A DNA stretch of 64,000 nt from Neophaeotheca triangularis (GCA_054600435.1 BAAIJX010000003.1:744001-808000); one strand, 5' to 3'. Positions 22,050 to 35,101 are shown, counted from the stretch's first letter. The notes: generated by a model not told the origin, from the sequence alone. Numbers and translations: made by a program.

Positions 22050-23869
22050 ATGCAATCGATTGATGCAGTTGTCGCAAAGCCGACTGACCGCAAGCTCGAA
22101 AACGACAGCGACGATGAGAGCATTCGAGGGCTGGACATCGAAGCCGACTCCGAAGGCTGGGACGACGTCGATGCTGGAGACGACGAGGAGACTATCCTGA
22201 TCAAATGCCTCCTTTGCGACGAGGCCTTTGGAGACGCCGTTGCCATGCTCGCGCACTGCAACAAAAAGCATAACTTCGACTTTGCTAAGATCAAAAAAGA
22301 CAACAGTGAGTGAATCTCGGAAAGTCCATCCTTGCAACATGAAGCAAGGCGGCATACTGAAGGTAGGTAGGTCTCGATTTCTATGGCTCCGTCAAACTCG
22401 TCAACTACATACGTTCGCAAGTCAAAGAAGGCCAAGCCAAGCCGGAAGTTTCCTCGAGCTCTTTCTGGCAAGACGACAAGTATCTCCAACCAGCAATCGA
22501 GGACGACGGCCTCTTGTTCTGCCTCGATGAGCTGGACGATGTACTGCCAGACGATGGCAAGGGCAAAGCACCTGTCAACGGTTCAGGCCCGGACGCGCGG
22601 GTTGCAGAGCTTGAGGCACAACTCGCCACGCTGAACACTCAATTCACGGACTATCGTTCTCGCGCCTCCGAAGCGCTCGAAAAGCGCTGGGAGGAGCGAG
22701 ATGCACCGCAGCCAGAGCAACGCTTCACCAATGCGGAGGAAGCGGAAGAAGCCAAGTACGAGGCCGGCTACTTTGACTCCTATTCTTTCAACGAAATCCA
22801 CCAGATCATGCTTCAGGATGCAGTCCGCACAGACTCCTACCGCGACTTCATCTACGGCAACAAACATCTATTCGCCGACAAGGTCGTCCTCGATGTAGGC
22901 TGCGGTACAGGCATCCTCTCTTTGTTCGCCGCCAAAGCCGGAGCCCGCAAAGTCATCAGTGTTGACAACAGCGCAATTATCCAAAAGGCGAAGCAAATCG
23001 CCGCCGTCAATGGCATGAGCGACCGCATTTCGTTTGTACAGGGTAGAGTCGAGGACATCAAGCAGTTGCCGGATGGCATCGAGAAAGTAGACGTAATCGT
23101 CAGCGAGTGGATGGGCTACTGCTTACTCTACGAAGCCATGCTGGACTCCGTTCTACACGCTCGTGACCGCTTCCTCAAGCGCAACGAAGACGGCACTTTC
23201 GCCGGCATCATGGCGCCGAGCCACTGCAGCATGCACATCGCCCCCCTCGCGGACCCGGACTGGATGGCTGACAACGTCTCTTTCTGGCGCGACGTCTACG
23301 GCTTCGACATGCAAACCATGCTAGACGGTAGTTTCGAGGACATGGTGGTCCGGCACCCAAACAAAGACGTCGTCTGCGCAGACGAGCCTTCTCGCAAGCC
23401 CATCAAGATCCTCGATCTCTACCAAGTAGGTGTCGCAGACCTGGAGTTTGCTGCGGATTTCGAGGTCAAGCTCGACAAGGACATTGATGCGCTGGATGGG
23501 TTCTGTACCTGGTTCGACTGCCTTTTCTCGCCCGTACCTCCTTCCGCGGAGGCAGCGGATGCATCAGCCTTCGAGCAACTCTCGAAGAAGGCCGGTGCAG
23601 TCGTCCTCTCCACCAGCCCTTACACCAAACGCACGCATTGGCAATGTGGTATTTGCGTCATTGACCGCGAGACGGGGACGTGCAGCCGACCGCGCAAGAA
23701 GGACGGTGAAGGCGAAGAAGGCGAGGCCGTGCCGCTAGGTCAAGGGGCTGCACTCAAGGGCACGTTTCAGATGACCAGGGCCAAGGAGAAGAGGGCTTAC
23801 GACATAGGTGTGCAATGGTCGACAAAGGACGGCAAGGAGCAGGGAAAGCAGAGGTGGAAGATGAGGTGA
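22050..23869 (+). CDS. RMT3: Protein arginine N-methyltransferase PRMT3/Rmt3 (C2H2 zinc finger plus type I PRMT), 2 exons
   Basis: CLLC...HCNKKH zinc finger. Intron 22306..22370 gives LDFYGSVKLVNYIR. VVLDVGCGTGILS, IVSEWMGY and THW loop present. Confidence 0.9.
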
Positions 23870-24038
23870 TCTTGTCGTCGTCGAGAGGTAGATTGCAAAG
23901 CTCTATCGTAAACCCAAAATAAGCAGTGGGGTATATAGTACAGCAAGATGAAGGTCTGAGACGGACAGCCACGTTCGAGCCAACATCTAGCCCGGCTACT
24001 CCATCGGTCTCCGTTTCCGTAACGCGCGTGCTCGTTCC

Positions 24039-25926
24039 TCAAGCCCTGCCCCTGCCCCTTCTCCCGTTCCCAGGCTGTCCTCCCTCCGCCTCGCTCCCAG
24101 CACCAGCACTCGTGGTCCGACTCATGGGCTCCCCTCCGCCCAGCCGGCCCTGTAGCGCAGCAGCCAAACTACCACTAGCCGCAGCACCAGCCCCAGCCCG
24201 CATCTTCGACTCCAACACGGAGGGCACAGGCGCAAAGCCCGTGCCCGGAATGCGATCGACACCTCTGCCAATCAGCGCCGGACCCATCTCAAGAAGCGGG
24301 AGGCGATAGGGCTGGGTCACGGAAGCAGTGTCCAGAGCTTGATCGAGCAGCTGGCGACGCATAGCGCGCGCTGTAGAGTCTGTGGGGTCTTCGTTGCCGG
24401 TGTCAGCATCGTTCATCGTGGTGTCTTCAACGGAAGTGGTGGTAGCGAGGCTTGTGGTGTTACCGTTTGCGGGCGCGTCCTGGCGCGTCATCATGGCAAT
24501 GTCGTTGTCGATGTCAAGGGCGTTGACGCCGGGCGGGGCGGGCGCGCCGCTCTTTTCGCTGCGGGTGACGGCGTGGAAGGAGGGGATGACGGGTGCGAAG
24601 GGATTGTCGCGGACGGCGCTGTTGGTGGGCATGGAAGAGGCCGCGGCAGCATCCGCGAGGTTTGTGAGGGCGGCGAGGGGGTTGGCGCGGGCGGATCCGC
24701 GAGTGAAGACTTGGTGGGAGGTTGTGCGTTCCATGTCTGGTGCCGTTGCTGGCTGGCCCGGAGCTGGTGTTCCGTTGGTCGTGGCCTCTGCCGGGGCTGT
24801 GCTATTGGGGTCTTCGTTGTCCTCGGCTGTGTCCATAGTATTGTTTTCCTCGTCTACAGACGGTACTGCCGTTCCATTCGTTTGTGTATTTTGATCTGGT
24901 CTGGGTTGGTGAAAGTGCTGATAGGTAGCCATCTTCGCCGTGTCCGTTGCCAGGGCCAACTCTTTGTCCGTGAACAATCGTTCCAAGCTATAAGCAGGTG
25001 CTTCGTACTGGACGTATGCGTTCTTATCCCTAGCGTCTTTGAAGGGGCTTCGGCCACCACCTAGCGCGTCCGGTGGAGGCAATCTAAATGCAGGCGCGGG
25101 CGACTGATTGTCGTCGTCCTCGGCGTTCGCAGCTTTGCGCTTCCGTTTCCCATTGTCTCCACCTTCTACTGGACTGCCTGCACGATGTCGCAAATGTCTC
25201 GTCTTCCTATTCTGACCATTCCCGGGCGAACCGGGATTGTTGTTGATGCTGAAGTGATCTGGGTGGAGGAGCAAGGCGTTGCTGTCGTTGATGTCCAAGG
25301 ACTCCTTGTCGCGCATCATGCTCTGTCGTTTCTTCGAGATGGTTGCCTGAAGGCGCTGCCTGATGGTGTTTGAGAGTGCGGCGTGCTCTTCGTGGGCTTG
25401 GTGAACCTTTTGCTGGGTAAGGCGATCAAGCTCCGCAACCGAGCTGTCATAGTTGTTCTAGAAGAGCGAGTTAGTGACAAGCCCGAAGATCGTTCGATGC
25501 ATTTCGTCTCCTCGGGAGACTACTCACCCGCAGTGCAGTAAGCTCAGCATCTCTGACTTCGATCTGATCGTTCACTTCGCGCACAAACTCCCGATATCTC
25601 ACACCCGCCAGAGCATCGAAGTCCTCCCTAGCCTGCGTATCACCTTGTACGTTCGCTCCCAGATCTCTTACCATCTGAGCAATCTCTTCGCCTCCATCTT
25701 CCAACGGTGCTCCATTGTAGGGATCGGCTCGCAGGATCAGGGTCATGTCGGCCTGGATCGCTTGTAGCTGGGCGCGGTAATGCTGGTGCTGGTTGGAGTT
25801 GAATGTGAGGAGCATACGATCCAGTCGCTCGACGATGCGCTTCCTACGCACATCACGTTTGCTGAGTGGTTGTGGTGCTGGCGAATGTGAGCCTGCAGAG
25901 GGCGACGGTTGGCGGCCATGGGCCAT
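24039..25926 (-). CDS. Sds3-like subunit of the Rpd3L/Sin3 histone deacetylase complex, 2 exons
   Basis: LSKRDVRRKRIVERL...HYRAQLQAIQADMTLI. Intron 25458..25527 joins a coiled coil and ...KESLDINDSNALLLHPDHFSINNNPGSPG...RKTRHLR, resembling fungal Sds3. Confidence 0.8.
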
Positions 25927-26870
25927 GATGACGGATGGGCCTTGAACGTTGCGGTCGTCGTTGGCTGCGTTGTCGTTGTAGTCGGACTGCTATGGTCAAA
26001 TGTGTCTAGACCCGGTGTTTCGAGAGTCTGCACGGCACTACAAGTGGGTGTGTTGGTTTGGTGGTCGATGAGAAGTGAACTGAACCAAGACCAAGGAAGA
26101 CCTGCGTGCCTGAGCTTCGAAGCATGTGCGTCTCCACTGTCTGGAGTGAATTCCGATTAAAGCCCGACCATGCCGACCTCGGTATCGGAGCTTTTTACAC
26201 CGACCATGCCGTCCGAAAGAGGTAACAAGCTACTCGGCATAGTTGCTTCTGTGTGCGACGTCCACGACGTCCTTGTGGTCCTTCATGGCTAAATCTCCAT
26301 GATTGGAAGTTTGCAACAATGTCAACTTTTGTCGATATTAATGCATCACCTCGACTTTAACCGCATAGGCGAAGCTAGACAAGAAATGACCCCGTTATGG
26401 AGCCCCGGACTTCTCTGGAGGCGAGGTCTAACGTTGCAGCCTCCGCACTTGTCGAGCGCGTCCTGGACCTCCAAAGCCGCAGTGCGGGCCGCAAACACCC
26501 CCGTCGTCAGGAACAAGATGCGGGGAATGCATACAATCTGCAGACCACCTGGGCACTCCTAATTTACTGGCCAATTTTCCGTCCATATACCTATTCGCCC
26601 TGCATCGCTACTGAATCCCACATGTCTGCGCATGACTTCCTCCACCACGGCCATGATCGGGTCCACTCCCGGAGCATCATGTCCTTGACCCATCGAGATG
26701 GACATTGGCCTGATTTGGTAGGCTCGCAGCTACGCTCGCTGCATTCATCCGGCCGTGAAGGTAGGTAGGTTTTAAATAATCTAACGATTCCCTTTGTCGA
26801 TCACCGCTCTCTCTCTCTCTCTCTTTCTCCTTCACACACCGCGTTCTATCGGCGGAATAGCAACAGCAGT

Positions 26871-29445
26871 ATGACTTTCCTACGGTCGATTACGGCCTTG
26901 CTGGCTAGTACAGCCGTCTCTGTTTCTTCGCCACAGAACCACTATGGCGGTGGCTCAGTTAGCCCTGAGTCTCCCCTCGAAGGTGCCATCTACAAAGACG
27001 CAGCAGCCCCCATCGAGGATCGCATTTCGGACTTGGTCGCCAGGATGACCATCGAGGAGAAGGCATCTCAGCTCATGCAAGGCGACATCCGAAACTGGTT
27101 GAATGAGACTTCTGGAGAATACAATCGTACCGGCGTCGAACTCAATTTTGAACAAAAGGGGGGCTCTTTCTACGTTGGTATCCCTGTCACCTGGGAGAGG
27201 CTGGCAGATGGGATCAAGTATGGACAGGACTACGCTATGAACGAAACCAGACTGGGAATTCCCGCAATCGTTCAGACGGAAGGCATTCACGGATTTTTAA
27301 TTGGTGGCGGTGAGTACCCATGCATGCTCGACGCTATGTCAAAGGTATCTGACAGTGTGGCTCTCAAGCGACAATCTTCCCCTCGACTATTGGTTACGCC
27401 TGCGCGTTCAATCGGACATTGGCCTACGAGATTGCTCACGTCATCGCTGTTGAGGCGCAGGCACTGGGTACCAGCCAGTTGTTCGCACCTGTGGCCGATC
27501 TCGCCCGTGAGCTTCGATTTGGCCGCGTCGAGGAAACCTACGGCGAAGATCCTTACCTCTCCGGCGAGATCTCCTACGAGTATACAAAAGCTTTGCAGGA
27601 CATGCACATCTCTGCAATGGTGAAGCATTTCTCGGCTTTTAGTGAGCCCCAACAAGGCCTCAACACAGGTCCGGTCCGGGGAGGTCTGCGAGAGCTTCTG
27701 ACAACCTGGCTACCATCTACCAAGAGGGCCATCGTAGACGGAGGTGCCATGGCCGTCATGACTTCCTACAACACCTATGACGGGATCCCCATGGTCTCTG
27801 ACCCATACACGCTCACGGATATTCTTCGTACCGAGTGGGGCTACGAGTACATGGTAATGTCAGACGCTGGCGGGACGGACAGGATGGCCGACCAGTTTTA
27901 CGTCTGTCCCTTGCCCTTGACCGACTACGGCGAGGACATCACCGAAGGTAATATGTGCATTGCCGAAACAGCTTTGACTGCTGGTGGAGACGTCGAGATG
28001 GGAGGAGGATCGTTCAACTACCGCAGCATCCCTCACCTCGTTGAGTCAGGACGCCTTGACGTGGATTACGTTGACTTGGCCGTGTCGCGCATCCTGCGGA
28101 CCAAGTTCGCTCTCGGTCTGTTCGAACACCCCTACCGCACTGCTCCGCAGTCTGAATGGGACAGCATCATGAACTCGCCAGCTGCCAGAGAGCTTGCCCG
28201 CCAGTCTGACGTCGAGTCTATCGTGTTGATGAAAAACGATGCTGGAACTCTGCCAGTCTCTGGCTCTGCTAGAGTCGCGGTAATTGGGCCCTTCGCGGAT
28301 GCCGGCGCATCTGGAGAACGCGGTACAATGAACTACGGAGACTACGTTGTGAATGCCTCTCAATACAGAGGCGTAACTCCGTATGCAGGCATCACCGCAG
28401 CCGCAGAGGAGAACGGCGGCTCGACCGTCTTTGCACGAGGCGCTTATCAATGGTCAAACGACGAGTCAATGATTCCAGAAGCCGTCGCCGCGGCGGAAGA
28501 TGCCGATGTGGCAGTCGTAGTAGTCGGCACTAACAGCCGCGATCAAGTGGAGCTGTGGCAGGGGCTCAATGCGACCACAGGCGAGAGCGTCGATGTCTCT
28601 TCCCTCGATCTCGTCGGCGCCCAACGCGCCCTGGCCCGGGCGATCGTCGACACCAACACTCCAACCATTATTGTCTTCTCCTCCGGCAAACCCGTAACCG
28701 AGACCTGGATCTCCAACACTACGGCCTCTTTGATCCAGCACTTCTACCTGGGAGAAGAAGGGGGCAACGCTCTCGCCGATATTATCTACGGTTTTGAAAA
28801 TCCTTCTGGGAAACTCGCCGTCTCCTTTCCTCGCGACGTCGGCACTCTGCCCGTTTACTACGACTACATTAACTCCGGCCGCGGCGGACTCCAACCCAGC
28901 ACCGAGGGCTACGACTTCATCAACTCCGGCCAACGTTACGAGGACGGCACTCTCGAGTTTGGCCGTTCGTACGCTCTCGAGAGCCCGCTCCCATGGGTAA
29001 GATCGATCCAACTACCCCCCCTAACTCCCGTCTTACACGACTAACCACACTACCCATCCAGTTCCCCTTCGGCCACGGCCTCAGCTACACAAACTTCACC
29101 TACTCGGCCCTCGAGCTCTCCGCCAAAAACGTCAGCGCCGACGCCAAAATGCAAGCAACGATCCACATCACCAACTCGGGCGCCGTGGACGGCGCCGAAG
29201 TGGTGCAGCTCTACATCAAAGACCAAGTCGCCTCGGTCGCGGTCCCCAACATGCGCCTCAAGAATTTCGAAAAAGTCATGATCCCCGCCGGAGAGACGGC
29301 GGAAGTGTGCATGGACATTGATGTCGCCGAGTTGGGGCTATGGGATTATAGGATGAATTATGTCGTGGAGAAGGGCGAGTTTATGGTTTTTGCCGGCTCC
29401 AGCAGCATGGATTTGAGGAGCAATGCTACCTTCAACGTTGTCTGA
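26871..29445 (+). CDS. Secreted glycoside hydrolase family 3 (beta-glucosidase/xylosidase) with C-terminal Fn3-like domain, 3 exons
   Basis: Signal peptide; RLGIPAIVQTEGIHG, ARELRFGRVEETYGEDP, MVKHF, YMVMSDAG nucleophile motif, FPFGHGLSYT, EVVQLY. Introns 27310..27368 and 28997..29061. Confidence 0.95.
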
Positions 29446-29573
29446 GACGGCTACTAATGGAGATAACCTGAAAGAGTATTTAGTTGGTCAAAAGCTTAGG
29501 ATTGGCACTTGGGGTATTCAAGCTTGATACTATGATATAATCCCGGCGTGCTTCGATTCTTTCTCTGCCACCC

Positions 29574-30854
29574 CTATCTAGAATACTCTCTCACCACAAA
29601 CCCCAATCTCCCATCTCCCAAGAAATCCAACGGCGCAAGCAACGGCCTCGCATCCGTACTCGCCCGTGGTCTAAAAGGCGCAAAAGCAGACTCCCGATTC
29701 ACACTCCCGGAAGCGGGAGTCTGCCACTCCCTCTGGCCCCAAGCACCCGCTGCTTCTTCCAAAGACACAACCATGGGACTGTCATCGCTAGCCGATCCAA
29801 GGCGGTTTCTAGAAGCAGCGAGACCCCGGCCTAAAGCCGTGGGAGCAACGAGATGTGCGCTTGGACTCGGCTCTCTAGAAGCGCGTCTTGAGGTCTGGCG
29901 CGACGCCGCGGGAGTGATGACTGGATCGTAGAGGTAGGCGAGTTCGGGGTAGATTTGGCTGGAGTTGCGGTTGCTTCCTGGTTTTAGGAGGGAGAAGGCT
30001 GGTTCTTGGGTGGTTTTGCGATGGCGGCGGTAGAGGTAGGCGAGAGCTAGGAGGATGAGGAAGACGCCTGCTGAGGCGCCGATGGCTATGCCCGCTACTG
30101 TGCTGTTGGAGGGGGACGCGCTTTCTGTGGCAGGTGCTGGGGCTGTCGAGCTGGGCGTGGAGGTGGTGATTGTTTCGGTTGGGTTGGTGGCGCGTGTTGA
30201 GGGTGTGGATCGGCCAGTGGCCCTTTGTGATGACTCTGGGGCCGTCATTTCTGATGATTTTGAGAACTCTGGGCTTCCGGTGAAGTGTCGCCGTAATGTC
30301 AACGTGGACTGTGTGAAATCTGGAGTCGCGCTAGATGTTGGTTCACTGGCTATTGTCAAGATACCATCGAGAACAGTGTCTTGGATCGAACTCGGCAGAG
30401 CGGATAGGAGTATGGAAAGCGCATCCGTGGTCGTGGGGGCAGCCGTCGCGGCCGTTGGTGCTCCGTGTGATAGATGCCACTGTGTTTCTGATGGCGTATA
30501 GGTGGGCGGGTTGCTATGGCTGATCGAAGAAGAGGCTGTGGCAATGTGCATTTCAGTTGCTTTGGTGTCTGTGGTCGAAGAAACTCGATGACCAGGCAAG
30601 GTGTCGTTGTTGGCCCCAGTTGAAGTCAGCGTCCCGGCCTCAACTGCCTGCTGTATTGTATTCGGCAACGTCTGCTGCGCTGTATGGTACGGCGTCGACG
30701 TGTGATCTGGTAGCAATGTGGTATTTGCGAATGGCGGACCCCAAGGTGAAGTGCGATTGCGTGCGAGATTGCTATGATGTAGAGGTTGTGTAGACGCTTG
30801 CGGAAAAAAGACAAGCAATTCGAACATAAGGAAATAGGTCTGTCTGTCAAACAT
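29574..30854 (-). CDS. Single-pass membrane protein with Ser/Thr-rich ectodomain (Mid2/Wsc sensor-like architecture)
   Basis: Hydrophobic N-terminus, long S/T-rich region, TM VAGIAIGASAGVFLILLALAYLY followed by RRHRK, cytoplasmic YPELAYLY. Confidence 0.75.
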   Translation of the reverse strand: MFDRQTYFLMFELLVFFPQASTQPLHHSNLARNRTSPWGPPFANTTLLPDHTSTPYHTAQQTLPNTIQQAVEAGTLTSTGANNDTLPGHRVSSTTDTKATEMHIATASSSISHSNPPTYTPSETQWHLSHGAPTAATAAPTTTDALSILLSALPSSIQDTVLDGILTIASEPTSSATPDFTQSTLTLRRHFTGSPEFSKSSEMTAPESSQRATGRSTPSTRATNPTETITTSTPSSTAPAPATESASPSNSTVAGIAIGASAGVFLILLALAYLYRRHRKTTQEPAFSLLKPGSNRNSSQIYPELAYLYDPVITPAASRQTSRRASREPSPSAHLVAPTALGRGLAASRNRLGSASDDSPMVVSLEEAAGAWGQREWQTPASGSVNRESAFAPFRPRASTDARPLLAPLDFLGDGRLGFVVREYSR

Positions 30855-31530
30855 GATGCTGAGCCTTTGCCGGCTGAGCGTGATGCACTATATTTCCCGG
30901 CTCTTGACAATACAAACTAGTCGGCTCTATACGTTCTGTCTGCTCTTTGTCTGTCTGTCAGAGGAGTTCGATGCTGCTAAGATTGCTAGGAAGAAACGAG
31001 CGAAGCTGTGAATGAGATACTTGAGCCTTGCCTAGAAGAATTAACTTAGCCTTGAATCGCAATAGCGCAATGTCTTTTCTTGACACAGCCAGGAACACAC
31101 ACAACGTTGATTATCTTGAAATAGAGATGAGCCTCATGTCGTTGTTGGACATTGATGTGCAGCAAGCCAAGCCCCATCCTGGCGGGCTTTTTTTGGCTAC
31201 AGCATGAGGGGCGCAGTCAGCTGGGCGCTTCGTCTGAAGGCCGATGGAGCTGCCTTGAATGCCAAAGCATCATCGTGTGGTCGTGGTGTTTTTTTTTTCC
31301 TGGCAGGCAGTGTAGGATGGCAATACTAGCAATAGTCGCCAGAAATTAATGGAGACGAAGTTGAATGGTCGGTCGTCAGTTGAATTTGAAGCGTTTCACA
31401 GCCAAGGAAAATACATGTGACGCTCAGTTGCGTTCAGGTGCCCAGGGAACGACACAAGAGGCATTCAGAATGGAGAGCCAGCGATATCAAACCACCAAAC
31501 AGCACGCTCAGTCGCTTAGGAAGCCTACCA

Positions 31531-33066
31531 CTAAGCGGTAGGCTTGATCGCCGACTCCCCATCCTCCCTGGCGCCAGCAAAGTTCGCGCCTTCGCTAAAG
31601 CGATTTTTGGGACCGTAATTCAGCTTCATCCCCATCAACTTTTCCGGATTCTCACCAAACACCTCGCTCAGGTCGTTCCAGGGGTGCAAAAACCCAGCGT
31701 GGTATTCTCCCGTCTTATTCTTGCCAACAACCTCGTCCTCCAGCTTCAAAAGCTGCTCGTGAGCGATTTCGTTGATGTCAACTGGAGCGGCGGCCGGTGA
31801 TTAGCCTAGAACAACTTGCATCATGTGCCGGATGCCTGAGTGTGGCCAAGCGGTGGCGGTTCGAGAGGCGAGAGGAGTCGAATGTGTTCGAGTCGGAATT
31901 AGCAAAGAGACGCCGACTTGTCGACGGTGTACAGGATGCTCACCGGGCCCATAAACTCGAGAAGCACCGTGCTGCCGACTCCGAATTCGCCATGGCGGTT
32001 GATGGAGTCTTCGTACCATTTCCACGCTCTGACCAGAAAGTCTTCGTCAATTTTCTCCATCAACGGACCGCTCAGCCAGAGGAAGTTGACCCCATTATAC
32101 GAGCGGAAAGTGTCGGCACCGTGCTGGACATGGCCAAGTGACATCTCAGCTGACACGATTTCCTGCACTCCAGGGATCTTCCAGGCCCAAGCAAAGCCTT
32201 CATCCGAGCGGGCGTGCTCCGAGCCGTGTGCATCGAATAGAACTACTGCGGCGCCGGGTTTGCTATCTTAGTCCGGAGTGCAGATGCCTGGTCCTCGGTT
32301 GCATACGTGGAAACCAATCTTTGGATCAGTGGGGCGACAGGCGACTTCCGAGACCGCCTTGGAAACGGCAGCGAGCGAGCCATAAGGATAGAATAAAACT
32401 GCATTGAAAGCTCGAGGAGCGTACAGTCTCGCGCGGAGCTTGAGTGCCGTGACAACTAGTATCGAATTAGCAAAACATCCAAGCCAGCCCGACTAAGAGG
32501 GATGTACCGCCAAAGTTACCGCCACCTCCTCGCAACGCCTAGAGCAAGTCAGGCTCCTCGCTCGCCCATAGAAGCCGGCCGTTGTGAAGCACTATTTGCA
32601 CGTCAAGTAAATTCTGTGGGTCATAAATGAGACCAGACTCCACGCTCAGCCAACTCAATCCTCCCACCAACGTACTCCCCGCGACGCCAACCCAGCTGCA
32701 TCGCGCTGCCACTACGGCGTAACCGGACGCCTTTTCCTCCATAAGAGCCTCGATCTCACCTCAGGTGAAGCCGGCTCCGATGGTGACTGTTTCGTCGTCT
32801 AGGGTGGAGTCCAAGTCGAACGACTTGAAGTTATGCATGCTGAGGATGACGTCGCTGGCTGAGGCGCTTCCTGTGCCAGTATTGCGCATGGCGAAGTCGA
32901 GGGATGATTCACATAGAGCTTTGACGACTTCTTGAAGAGCTTTGGTGGAAGAAGGAGCGAGGACGACAGCAGGGATTTTGTCTGCTTGCAAAGCCCATGG
33001 TGTGCTGTGTTCCGCAAAGTTGGAATCACCACGGTTGCTCTTGATCGATTCGATCTCGTTGAGCAT
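31531..33066 (-). pseudogene. Decayed FAD-linked oxidoreductase (FAD_binding_4 / berberine-bridge-like) pseudogene
   Basis: Recognisable motifs (PAVVLAP, VTIGAGFT*G, VGVAGSTLVGGLSWLS, DLL*ALRGGGGNFGVVT, TAWPH, VFGEN...KNRF). In-frame stops at 32761, 32539, 32268 and 31801, an apparent frameshift near 31870, and no AG after the branch point of the intron starting at 31943. Confidence 0.88.
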
Positions 33067-33606
33067 CCTTGGCAAGGTCGCTGAAGCTCAACGCAGTTTA
33101 GAGTCGTTCGATGGTGAGGTCCTTACGGAAAGGACCGCAAACACCAGGGGCAGGTATTAATGCAATTTTCTTGGTGCTGATGCCTTGGTCTTACTTCGTT
33201 TTTTCAATAAATGTTGGAAAGCCGGACTCTGAAACTCGATCTACTGGCGTCCCAGCCAGTATTGATCATAAGTCGACGCAGTCGCCAAAAGTACTTATTA
33301 CCATCAAGTTTCCACCGCACGCGCCCGAATGCTTTGTCAATGAATGTTATATCGCTCTCGCTGTAGGCTTGACCCATTGGACCCGGCCCGTATCGCTGAC
33401 GGCGCAAGACACCATGCCATTCAAGCTAACAGCAAGATTGCGGATAGCTTACACCACATTTAGAACAAGCGAGAGCATGAAGCGGTGTCGGTTCTCTAGA
33501 TGGCAGTTCTCAGGTGACAGGCTTCAAGAGTCGATTCCTCTCAAGTTGATGACCTACCTGAAACGATTCAGTGAATCTCGACAGACCGTGAATGTTCGGT
33601 TTGGTT

Positions 33607-35101
33607 CTAGTATGAACGCGGAAGCTTCAGGACCTTCTCGCCAACAAACGACATGATCATCTCCTGGGAAATCGTTAGCATGGACCAGCACCTGTGGCCG
33701 TCTCTTACTTGGACTCACCCTCGATACCGGCGCAATGCGCGGCACAAAGCACTCCCTCAGATACCGTTCCACATGATACTCAGCAGCGTAGCCCATTCCG
33801 CCCATGCTCATCACGCTTCGCTCGCAAGCCTTGAACGCTGCCTCAGCAGCCAGGTACTTTGCACTATTGCAGGCTACACCAACAGCATGCTGTGTAATCG
33901 TAGAATCGTGGACCGAAGCGTCGTAGAGTCTCGCAGCGTGATAGGTAGCTAGTTTGGCGGCCTCGAGGTGCATGTAAGCTTCAGCGAGCGGATGCTGAAT
34001 GGCCTGGTTCTGCCCGATTGGGCGGCCGAAGACTATGCGCTCCCTGGCGTAGTCCGACGATCTTTCTGTGATTTAGCAGGGTATCTAAGATGGTATTTGT
34101 AGAGTGACTTACCTCTTCAATGCAGCATAGCCGAGCCCGAGCGCCTCGCCCGCGAGTAGCGCTCGTTCAGCATTCATGCCATGCAAGATCTGACAATATC
34201 AGCCTAGGTTCCTGAGGTAGCTCCTGCAACCATTGCTACTCACGATCTTGAAACCCTGTCCTTCTTCGCCTATCAGCGAGTCTTTGGGAATTCTATAGTT
34301 GTCGAAGAAAACTTCATTGGCATCTACAGCCCTCCCACCCATTTTCTTGATTTTCTTCAGGTCAAGGCCAGGCTGCTTGGGGTCAAAGTCAATATAGAAC
34401 ATACTTAACCCCTCGCTTGGTTTCTTGACTTCCTCGAGCGGCGTCGTGCGAGCTAACAGGACCATCTTCGTTGCAATCTGGGCAGACGAAATCCATATCT
34501 TCTGTCCGGATATCTTGTACCCGCCACCATCGGGATCGGCCAATGCTGTCGTTTTGAGTGAAAGTGTGTTGAGGCCAGTATTTGGTTCTGTAACGCCAAA
34601 GCACGTTCGCCATTCCCCTGATATGATCTTCGTAAGGAAACGTTCACGTTGGTCGGGTGTTGCAAACTTGGACACTGGCTGCGTAGCATAGACATTGGCG
34701 TGAATGCTTTGAGCACCCGCAAGTCCAGCCCCAGATTCCGCAATGGTTTGCAGCATCATTGTTGCCTCGGAGATGCCCAACCCAGCGCCGCCCAGGGCTT
34801 CTGGCAAGGCTATGCCTATCCATCCGTCTTTGGCCAAAGCGGCGTGCAATTCATGTGGATACGTTTCAGTCTGATCACGCTCCATCCAATACTCGTCTGG
34901 AAAGTTGGCGCATATCTTGAAGATGGCATCTCTGACGGTCAATTGTTCATCAGAAAAGCCGGATGTCTCCATCAGACGCCTACGAGGCGTGATGGAGAAC
35001 GAGCGGGTGGTAACCGACGAAACAGACGAGACATGGTGCTTAGTATGTGGCAACGCGAGTCGGCTCAAAGGGCGTAGACAAGAGACAAAGTTCTTGGCCA
35101 T
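33607..35101 (-). CDS. Acyl-CoA dehydrogenase (mitochondrial-type presequence), 4 exons
   Basis: CFGVTEPNTG, ISGQKIWIS, KKMGGRAVDANEVFFD, GMNAER, VFGRPIGQNQAIQH, GGMGYAAEYHVER. Introns 34190-34243, 34062-34112, 33664-33718; ends LPRSY-TAG. Confidence 0.93.

Noticed and set aside
31531..33066. Stop-codon rescue by A-to-I editing or readthrough (TGA/TAG at Trp positions)
   Set aside because: Additional TAA stops, a frameshift and a lost splice acceptor cannot be repaired this way; plain pseudogenisation is simpler.
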